Assembly: GCA_964539845.1 (NCBI GenBank)
Contig: CAZIKZ010000001.1
Coordinates: 1-44,175 of the forward strand
Origin: an uncultured Hyphomicrobiales bacterium
GTDB taxonomy: Bacteria; Pseudomonadota; Alphaproteobacteria; Rhizobiales; Xanthobacteraceae
Direction of reading: 5' to 3'
DNA length: 44,175 nt
Positions within the stretch are counted from its first letter, which is position 1; each line of letters starts with the position of its first letter. A program made the translations under genes and the position numbers. Below the pieces are notes generated by a model. It saw nothing but the letters and a program-made list of their open reading frames with translations, made no database searches and had not been told where the DNA came from. This document shows positions 37,360-44,175 of the stretch, in pieces.

Positions 37360-37614
37360 AGGCGAGAAGAGGCTCACAGGCAGCCACGCTGTCAAAATCC
37401 ACGATACCGCTTAACATTACCGAATCAAGGCGAACGGCGGCACAACGTAAAATCGGAATCGATGATAGGCTTCCGCTCAGAACAAATGATTTTGTCTTGA
37501 TTATGCGATACATTCTCAAATGCCGCGACATGAGCTTTTGCATCGTTTGTCGCATGCGACTCTCCGTCTCGCGTCGCGCACGCTTTGACCTTCAATTGTG
37601 AAAGCCAAGTTTGA

Positions 37615-39537
37615 ATGTGCGGCATAGCAGGCCTTTTTCATTTTGGCGTTGCCACTCAAAGGAATCCGGCGTCAACCGCTCTGTCGATGGTCAACACCCT
37701 CACCCATCGCGGCCCTGATGGTGACGGCACATGGGGCGATCCGGAAGCCGGTATCGGCCTCGGGCACCGTCGGCTGGCCATCGTCGATCTATCGCCGACC
37801 GGCAAACAGCCGATGCATTCGGCGGATGGCCGCTACGTCATCACTTACAACGGCGAAGTCTACAACTTCCAGGATTTGCGTAGCGAACTCTCAGCGCTCG
37901 GCCATTCCTTTCGCGGCACATCCGACACCGAGGTGATGCTGGCCGCCTTCACACAATGGGGTGTCGATGAAGCGGTCAAGCGGTTCGTTGGCATGTTCGC
38001 TTTTGCCGCCTTCGACCGCAGGGAGCGAGCGCTTTATCTGGTGCGCGACCGCGTCGGTGTGAAACCGCTCTATTGGACCGATTGCGGTGGGACGATCCTG
38101 TTCGGTTCGGAGTTGCGCGCACTGCGTGCCCATCCGGCGTTCCAGGGCACAATCGATCGCGAAGCAATGGCTGCTGCTGTCGCGTACAGCTACATTCCGG
38201 CGCCTGCGACCGCCTACAAGAACGTATTCAAGCTTCTTCCAGGTTCCATTCTGGTCTTTCAGAAGCAGCGCGCGCCAAAGCTCATACGCTACTGGACGAT
38301 CCAGGATGTGATCGGGCGCGGCGCCACCACCGCAATGGACAACGCGCAGGCTATGGATGCGCTCGACGCCCTGCTCCGCGACGCGATCCGCCGGCGCATG
38401 ATTGCCGATGTGCCGGTCGGTGCATTTCTCTCCGGCGGCATCGATTCATCGATCGTCGCCGCCCTGATGCAGGCGGAGGCAAACCGTCCCATACGCTCCT
38501 TCACGGTCGGCTTCAGCGACTCCACATACAACGAGTCAGACATCGCCCGGCAGGTCGCGCAGCATCTCGGCACCGACCATACGGAGATCCGCCTCGGGGA
38601 GAGCGACGCGCTCGCGCTGGTGCCGTCCATTCCCGACTGGTTTGACGAGCCCTTCGCGGATTCGTCGCAGCTTCCGACTTATCTGGTGTCGAAGGCTACG
38701 CGGCAGCACGTGACCGTGGCCTTGTCCGGCGACGGTGGGGATGAGCTGTTCGCTGGTTACCCGAAATACAAATGGCTCGACGGCCTTTGGCGTAGCGTAG
38801 GCGCTTTGCCACAGCCATTACGCGCAAGGGCCGGGCACCTGCTAAGCGCACTTCCGGAACGCGCGCTGCAGCCGGCGGCCCGTACATTGCTCGACGTGGC
38901 CCGCGCTGACCGCATCGGCGAAAAAGCGCGGCGGCTTGGTCTCGCGCTTCGGGCCCGTGATTGCGACGAAGCGGCGCTCGCGCTGGCACGCGTCGGCTTC
39001 GATCAGAACATGGTCAGCGGCGCGACGCATGGCTATCGTCTGACGCCGCTTACCGGACTTCCCGACGGCCTCGATCGCATCTCGCGTATGCAAGCCAACG
39101 ACATCGGCACCTATCTGCCGGACGACATTCTAACCAAGGTCGATCGCTGCTCGATGGCAGTGTCGCTCGAAGCACGCGAGCCTTTGCTCGACCACCGGCT
39201 GATCGAATTCGTGTGGTCGCTGCCGCCTGCGGTCCGTCAGGGTGGAAGACCGAAGGGCTTCCTTCGCGCTGTGCTCTCTCGCTATCTTCCATCGGAGTGG
39301 ATGGACCGTCCCAAGCGCGGTTTCTCTGTGCCCTTGGCCAACTGGCTTCGCGGCCCGTTGCGTGACTGGGCCTCCACTCTGCTTGATCCGGTGCGGATCC
39401 GTCAGGAAGGTTTGTTTGATCCGGTGGCAGTCGACAGGCTCTGGCAAAAACATCGCGCCGGTTCCGAGAACCACGCCACTGGCCTGTGGAACGTTCTGAT
39501 GGTCAGAGCGTGGACTGAACGTTGGCATAAGCCATGA
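37615..39537 (+). CDS. asnB: Asparagine synthase-type glutamine amidotransferase (AsnB/WbpS-like, probably uronate amidation)
   Basis: MCGIAG, HRGPD, HRRLAIVD, YNGEVYN, SDTEV, LSGGIDSS, SGDGGDELFAGY and KVDR.SMA.SLEAR motifs. Confidence 0.93.
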   Translation: MCGIAGLFHFGVATQRNPASTALSMVNTLTHRGPDGDGTWGDPEAGIGLGHRRLAIVDLSPTGKQPMHSADGRYVITYNGEVYNFQDLRSELSALGHSFRGTSDTEVMLAAFTQWGVDEAVKRFVGMFAFAAFDRRERALYLVRDRVGVKPLYWTDCGGTILFGSELRALRAHPAFQGTIDREAMAAAVAYSYIPAPATAYKNVFKLLPGSILVFQKQRAPKLIRYWTIQDVIGRGATTAMDNAQAMDALDALLRDAIRRRMIADVPVGAFLSGGIDSSIVAALMQAEANRPIRSFTVGFSDSTYNESDIARQVAQHLGTDHTEIRLGESDALALVPSIPDWFDEPFADSSQLPTYLVSKATRQHVTVALSGDGGDELFAGYPKYKWLDGLWRSVGALPQPLRARAGHLLSALPERALQPAARTLLDVARADRIGEKARRLGLALRARDCDEAALALARVGFDQNMVSGATHGYRLTPLTGLPDGLDRISRMQANDIGTYLPDDILTKVDRCSMAVSLEAREPLLDHRLIEFVWSLPPAVRQGGRPKGFLRAVLSRYLPSEWMDRPKRGFSVPLANWLRGPLRDWASTLLDPVRIRQEGLFDPVAVDRLWQKHRAGSENHATGLWNVLMVRAWTERWHKP

Positions 39538-40388
39538 ACCGCAATTCCGGTTCGATCAACGTCGACGAAAAAGTCGCGAAAGGTTTTGGCGACGAATGGT
39601 CGACGTTTCGGCAAGGCGAACGTGACCTGACCCCGGATCAGCGCGCGGCGATCTTTGCAGAATATTTCTCGATTTTCCCATGGGATCGGCTGCCGACCGA
39701 CGGAGGCGTGGGTCTCGACGCCGGATGCGGGAGCGGCCGATGGTCGATGATGGTAGCGCCACGCGTCAGGCATCTTCACGCGCTTGACGCCAGCGAGGAT
39801 GCGCTTGCAACGGCGAAGGAGAATCTCTCGCCGTTCGACAACGTCACATTCCATCACGCAAGCGTAGGCGATATCCCGCTTCCCGAGCGATCGCTGGATT
39901 TCGCCTTTTCGCTCGGCGTGCTGCATCACGTGCCGGACACGCAAGCTGCGATTAAATCGGTCGCGGCACGCCTGAAGCCCGGGGCGCCGTTTCTGATCTA
40001 TCTCTATTACGCATTCGACAACCGGCCCGCATGGTTCCGGTATCTGTGGCGCGCAAGCGACCTGATCAGACAGGTTCTGGCGCGCTGCCCTCACCCGCTG
40101 CGCTTCGGAGCAAGTCAGGCGATTGCCGCGCTGGTGTATTGGCCCATGACGCGGCTCGCGCTGACCGCGGAACGGATGGGAAAGAACCCGAATACGCTTC
40201 CGTTGTCGTGGTATCGCGACAAGTCGTTCTATGTGATGCGAACGGATGCGTATGACCGTTTCTGCACACGGCTCGAGAAGCGTTTCACGCGGGCCGAGAT
40301 TTCCGACATGCTGACCAATGCCGGACTTGGCGACACCGCGTTTTCGGACCGCGAGCCGTTTTGGTGCGCCGTCGGCGTGAAAAAGTAG
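39534..40388 (+). CDS. Class I SAM-dependent methyltransferase
   Basis: FGDEW, LDAGCGSGRW, SLGVLHHVPD, LKPGAPFLIYLYY and DAYDRFCT.LE.RF motifs. Confidence 0.9.
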   Translation: MNRNSGSINVDEKVAKGFGDEWSTFRQGERDLTPDQRAAIFAEYFSIFPWDRLPTDGGVGLDAGCGSGRWSMMVAPRVRHLHALDASEDALATAKENLSPFDNVTFHHASVGDIPLPERSLDFAFSLGVLHHVPDTQAAIKSVAARLKPGAPFLIYLYYAFDNRPAWFRYLWRASDLIRQVLARCPHPLRFGASQAIAALVYWPMTRLALTAERMGKNPNTLPLSWYRDKSFYVMRTDAYDRFCTRLEKRFTRAEISDMLTNAGLGDTAFSDREPFWCAVGVKK

Positions 40389-40390
40389 CG
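40212..40390 (+). repeat. Direct repeat copy 1 (179 bp; 3' end of the methyltransferase)
   Basis: Hand alignment to 43375-43553 gives 171/179 identity with no gaps. 40215-40327 (113 bp) is perfectly identical. Confidence 0.97.
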
Positions 40391-40713
40391 TCGACACACT
40401 TCGCAAAGGCTCGAACTTAGCGAAGCCAACGCTCGTTTGTTGGATAAGCCCCGTGCGCGGCGTTCAATATCGCAACGGCCGCCGCCAAACAAGCGCTGGC
40501 GCGGCAGCCCCATCGGCTCTCGGCAACCGCTGGCCGAGCATTTCCTATCGATGTGAAGTTGAATAAGAGTTCACTGTCGGCCTCACTCACTCTCCCGCGG
40601 CACTCACTCTTCACAGCCAATCCCACAATACACGGTCGAAATCGCTGGCCAATCCGCGGCCCCAGCGTGCATAGAGCAACCGTGGGAAGGAGGGGCCAGA
40701 TTCCCGGACACGC

Positions 40714-42078
40714 ATGAGCTACGACACTCTTTACTTCGCAGCTTTTCTCGCAGTCGTGTGGATTGGATTCCGAGTCTTCCCATGGGGCGGCTGGGTTCTT
40801 CTCGCGGCAAGCATCGTTTTCTATTCCGTTGCGGGCTTGCGCGATGCTATCCTCGCTACGTCTCTAATCCTTCTGAACTATGGCTTCCAATTCCTGATCC
40901 TGCGCAATCCGCGCTGGTTATTGGTCATCCTTACGATCAATTTTGCCTGCCTTGCTTATTTCAAGTATCGCGTCGTCCTCGCCACCTCGGCTGGCATAAA
41001 TTTCTACACCGGCGACGTGGTTATTCCGCTCGGAATATCGTTCTACGTCTTCCAACTTTCCGCCTTCATGGTGGACATCAAGCGCAAGACTGCGCTTCCG
41101 TTTTATTCACTGCCACGATTTGCTCTGTTCAAGCTTTTCTTCGGGCAATTGGTCGCTGGCCCGATCATGCGCTGGAGGCAGTTCGGCTGGCAGGTCAACC
41201 AGGCTTTCGACGGAACACTGCGGCAGCACCGACTACTTGGCCTCGGACTCGCGTTGTGCCTTCTCGGGCTAACCAAGAAAATAGTCTTCGCTGATTCCTT
41301 TGCACCAATCGTAGACACGATATTCCGCGAGGGACCAGCTACCCCGTCGGTCGCCTGGCTCGGAGCATGGCTGTTCGGCTTTCAGATCTATTTCGATTTC
41401 TCGGGCTATTCGGACATCGCTCTCGGTATCGCCTACCTCTTTGGTATGCGCCTCGCTCTGAATTTCCGGCAACCTTATCTGTCGCGAACGCCGCAGGAAT
41501 TCTGGCAGCGCTGGCACATTACATTGTCGCGATGGATCCGCGACTACCTTTACATACCGCTTGGCGGCAATCGCGGTGGCAAGCTTCGCGCCGCCGCAGT
41601 TCTTCTGACAGTGATGGGACTGGCCGGTTTGTGGCATGGTGCCAACTGGACCTTTATGGTGTGGGGCATCGGTTGGGGCATCCTGATCATGATCTGGCGT
41701 TTGGGCGGCGAGCAGATTGCACGCGTACCAGCTCTGCCGTGGCTCGTCACGGTTGCGTCGGCATTTCTTCTCTGGGTGTTTTTCCGCGCTCCTGACACCG
41801 CATTAGCGATATCCTACGTTGGCACCATGTTCGGCGCGCGGACATCAGGCAGCGCGCAACTTCCGAACGATAATCTGGGCGGCCTCTTGATCCTTGCCGG
41901 CTGCCTCGCCTTGGTTTTGTTGCACTGGCTCGAGGCACGCCTTTTCTCAGTGCGCATTGCGCTTCTGTTCCGGCGTTTTGACGGTCCGTTGTTGCGCGGG
42001 CTTCTTATTGGTCTGTCACTGTGGCTGTTGCTGCTGCCAAAGGCCAGCGACGCGCCATTCATCTATTTTCGGTTCTGA
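40714..42078 (+). CDS. MBOAT family O-acyltransferase (AlgI/PatA-like)
   Basis: [61 protein letters not shown] (catalytic His) and C-terminal PFIYFRF. Confidence 0.95.
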   Translation: MSYDTLYFAAFLAVVWIGFRVFPWGGWVLLAASIVFYSVAGLRDAILATSLILLNYGFQFLILRNPRWLLVILTINFACLAYFKYRVVLATSAGINFYTGDVVIPLGISFYVFQLSAFMVDIKRKTALPFYSLPRFALFKLFFGQLVAGPIMRWRQFGWQVNQAFDGTLRQHRLLGLGLALCLLGLTKKIVFADSFAPIVDTIFREGPATPSVAWLGAWLFGFQIYFDFSGYSDIALGIAYLFGMRLALNFRQPYLSRTPQEFWQRWHITLSRWIRDYLYIPLGGNRGGKLRAAAVLLTVMGLAGLWHGANWTFMVWGIGWGILIMIWRLGGEQIARVPALPWLVTVASAFLLWVFFRAPDTALAISYVGTMFGARTSGSAQLPNDNLGGLLILAGCLALVLLHWLEARLFSVRIALLFRRFDGPLLRGLLIGLSLWLLLLPKASDAPFIYFRF

Positions 42079-42081
42079 TCC

Positions 42082-43248
42082 ATGACTAACATCATCCGCA
42101 AATCGGCATTTTTTGCGCTCGGACTGCTTGTCTCCTGCGCGCTCGCAGAGACTAGCTTTCGCATTGTTGAAGCGACACCTTTGCGCTTCGTACTACCAGC
42201 ATCCGAGATCGCAATGTATGGCCCCGATCCCGACACCGGATATCGGCACAGGGCCGGTGCAAGCGGCCTATGGCTGACTGAACAGCGGACCGACATAACG
42301 ATCTCCCGCCTTGGGCTTCGGGATCGCGAGCGCACTCCCGAACGTGGAGGCGACCTGCGCGTCGTTGTTGTGGGCGACTCGCTTCTGGAAGCTGTGCAAG
42401 TGGCATTGGACAACACGGCAGCGGTCATTGCTGAGAAACAAGTCGCCGCGGCGCACGCCGGCGCGGAAGTCGTCAATCTCGGGCTAGCAGGCGCGACACC
42501 ACCTGTGCTGGCGGCGCGGCTGCAGGTCGCTAGCCGGGCGTTAAACCCGGACCTCGCGATCGTTGTCTTGAATATCGGCGACTTTTTTTCCTCAAGTCTG
42601 CGCGACGATAGCGCTTTCACCGGCTATCGACCTTCATCAGACGGCTCAATCAATCTGTCCTATGGCTTTCGCGATAGCCGCGGCTATAAAATCCGCACAT
42701 CCGGCATTGGCTATGCATTGTACTGGTCCCTCGACCACTCCGCCCTGGCGCGCGTGCTCAATAGCCGCAAGAATATTGGCATTCTTGCAGAATGGCCGAC
42801 ACCACCACAATCAATCGCCATCTCCCCTGAGAAATGTGTATCTGCGAAAGCGGCGCTGAGGTCATATCTTCGGCTTTGGCACGACGGCGAGCCGAAAACT
42901 GCGGCCGGTGTTCTCGATGCCTTCATCCGCGATCTCGCAAGCATGAACCGCGAGAAAAAGCCCGCCGTGATTGTCGCGGCACGTGGCTTTCCTTCGAATT
43001 GCAGCGACACAGACAGCCTTCGCGCTGATCTTGAAAGCGCCGTACGAGACAGATTCACAAAACATGGATTGGCATTTCAGGATCTCGACACTCTTTTTGC
43101 AAACCGTTACGGCGCCACGGATGCATCGAGCTTACGTGGATTTGGTAGCAGAGTGGGACGCGGCCACTTCAATGAGCAGGGCAACGCTATCTTGGGCGAA
43201 GTGCTTGCCGAACTCATCATGAAATGGGCAAAGCGCGACGGTGTATAA
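42082..43248 (+). CDS. Membrane-anchored SGNH/GDSL-family protein (AlgJ/PatB-like partner of the MBOAT)
   Basis: N-terminal TM segment, GLRD, block I VVGDSL, block II VVNLGLAG and block V GHFNEQGN. Confidence 0.75.
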   Translation: MTNIIRKSAFFALGLLVSCALAETSFRIVEATPLRFVLPASEIAMYGPDPDTGYRHRAGASGLWLTEQRTDITISRLGLRDRERTPERGGDLRVVVVGDSLLEAVQVALDNTAAVIAEKQVAAAHAGAEVVNLGLAGATPPVLAARLQVASRALNPDLAIVVLNIGDFFSSSLRDDSAFTGYRPSSDGSINLSYGFRDSRGYKIRTSGIGYALYWSLDHSALARVLNSRKNIGILAEWPTPPQSIAISPEKCVSAKAALRSYLRLWHDGEPKTAAGVLDAFIRDLASMNREKKPAVIVAARGFPSNCSDTDSLRADLESAVRDRFTKHGLAFQDLDTLFANRYGATDASSLRGFGSRVGRGHFNEQGNAILGEVLAELIMKWAKRDGV

Positions 43249-43329
43249 CGCGGAAGGACGGGCTAAGCGCTCCTTGATCACTGCGGTGGAATCATCCCGG
43301 GATCGCATGGCCGGCTCATCGGCAACGGC

Positions 43330-43551
43330 ATGGGCAAATCCCGTCATGTGATGCACACGCTCGCGCAATCTTACTACCGCGACAAGTCGTTCTATGTGAT
43401 GCGAACGGATGCGTATGACCGTTTCTGCACACGGCTCGAGAAGCGTTTCACGCGGGCCGAGATTTCCGACATGCTGACCAATGCCGGACTGGGGGACATC
43501 GCGTTTTCGAACCGCGAGCCGTTTTGGTGCGCCGTCGGACTGAAAAAATAG
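43330..43551 (+). pseudogene. Orphan 3' fragment of the upstream methyltransferase
   Basis: YRDKSFYVMRTDAYDRFCTRLEKRFTRAEISDMLTNAGLGDIAFSNREPFWCAVGLKK matches the C-terminus of 39534-40388. It has no SAM-binding N-terminal part. Confidence 0.85.
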
Positions 43552-43553
43552 CG
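43375..43553 (+). repeat. Direct repeat copy 2 (179 bp)
   Basis: Offset of 3163 bp from copy 1, with 8 substitutions. Confidence 0.97.
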
Positions 43554-43570
43554 CATCTATTTCGCACAAT

Positions 43571-43585
43571 GTTCCTATTTTGTTC
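43571..43585 (+). promoter_or_regulatory. Alphaproteobacterial LexA (SOS) box GTTC-N7-GTTC
   Basis: GTTC-CTATTTT-GTTC is an exact match with an AT-rich spacer. It sits 3 bp before a TTGACT -35-like hexamer (43589-43594), upstream of the Gp157 gene. Confidence 0.78.
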
Positions 43586-43649
43586 TTATTGACTGCTCCG
43601 CGACAACGAGCGTGCATGCATCACTTTTTGTGATGTATGGAGTAAGCGT

Positions 43650-44150
43650 ATGAATAAGCTGCATTTTTCGAGGGCAAAGTATCTGGCGCTGCGGGAGCGA
43701 TTGGAAGCAGCAAATCCGGGTCTCGACGAACAGACCCTGGCCGACACTTTGGAGGGGCTGACCGACCTGCATGAGGTCATAGCAGCCATTGTCCGGTCGG
43801 CGGTTGTCGACGAGGCGATGATCGACGGTTTACGCGGCCGGATCGGGGAGATGGAGACGCGAATGTCCCGGTTCGAGGACCGGGCCTATAAACACCGGCA
43901 GATCGCCCGCGATGTGATGGTCGAGGCCGAAGTCAAAAAGATCACCGCCCCGGACTTCACGGTGTCCCTGCGCGCCGGAGCGGCTTCGCTGGTGGTCGTC
44001 GACGAAGCGATGATACCCGAACAATATTGGGTGCCGCGTGATCCCCGATTGGACCGCCAAGCGCTTACAACCGACCTGAAGCGAGAGATTGCGATCGCGG
44101 GAGTTGCGTTGAGCAATTCGGAACCGGTTATAAGCGTGAGGGTCAAGTGA
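43650..44150 (+). CDS. Siphovirus Gp157 family protein
   Basis: DEQTLADTLEG, a coiled-coil centre, KKI..PDFTVSLR, and VDE..IP..Y...P.LDR..L...LK....I.G..L pattern. GGAG RBS at 43639. Confidence 0.82.
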   Translation: MNKLHFSRAKYLALRERLEAANPGLDEQTLADTLEGLTDLHEVIAAIVRSAVVDEAMIDGLRGRIGEMETRMSRFEDRAYKHRQIARDVMVEAEVKKITAPDFTVSLRAGAASLVVVDEAMIPEQYWVPRDPRLDRQALTTDLKREIAIAGVALSNSEPVISVRVK

Positions 44151-44175
44151 TGAGCTTCACCTCCGCACAAATTCG
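44150..44175 (+). CDS. Start of the next coupled gene (MSFTSAQI...), possibly a Rad52/Rad22-family annealing protein
   Basis: ATG overlaps the Gp157 stop (TGATG). Only 8 codons are visible. The identity is a guess from the M.F...Q N-terminus and from recalled Gp157-Rad52/22 linkage in Rhizobiales. Confidence 0.35.

Noticed and set aside
40212..43553. Direct repeat pair as a DGR template/variable repeat
   Set aside because: Mismatches are not adenine-specific (only 3 of 8 involve A), most are synonymous, and there is no reverse transcriptase in the window.
1..44175. CRISPR arrays, tRNA/rRNA genes, IS elements or integrases
   Set aside because: I saw no periodic repeats, RNA-gene signatures or transposase/integrase motifs. 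Intergenic gaps are all short (about 325 bp or less).

Overview
GC-rich alphaproteobacterial DNA, probably Hyphomicrobiales (inferred from gene content, a Rhizobiales-type palindromic repeat and a GTTC-N7-GTTC SOS box). It is almost entirely a ~43 kb surface-glycan locus (LPS/LOS/capsule-type). Left block (minus strand): partial Gfo/Idh/MocA gene, transaldolase, manC-type PMI/GMP, UDP-glucuronate epimerase, UDP-HexNAc dehydrogenase and a GT4. Next is a plus-strand cassette that looks lipid-carrier dependent: flippase-like protein, methyltransferase-GT2 fusion, methyltransferase, ArnT/PMT-like GT. The centre is a ~23 kb run of 21 minus-strand genes. It holds an atypical pseudaminic-acid-type pathway (pseB, pseG, pseI, and an SpsF cytidylyltransferase fused to a class III aminotransferase, but no pseC or pseH), an ACP/FabH/LpxD-like acylation module, a sulfotransferase and a PglK/MsbA-like ABC flippase. 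Upstream of this run sit a wHTH regulator and an RfaH-like antiterminator. An identical 16-bp palindrome covers the -10 of two predicted promoters, and an ops-like site lies in the leader. Right block (plus strand): wbpB, wbpD, asnB-like gene, methyltransferase, then an MBOAT+SGNH O-acylation pair bracketed by a 179-bp direct repeat of the methyltransferase 3' end. Immediately after come a LexA box and a Gp157-family gene. All functional calls come from motifs recognised by eye; no searches were run.
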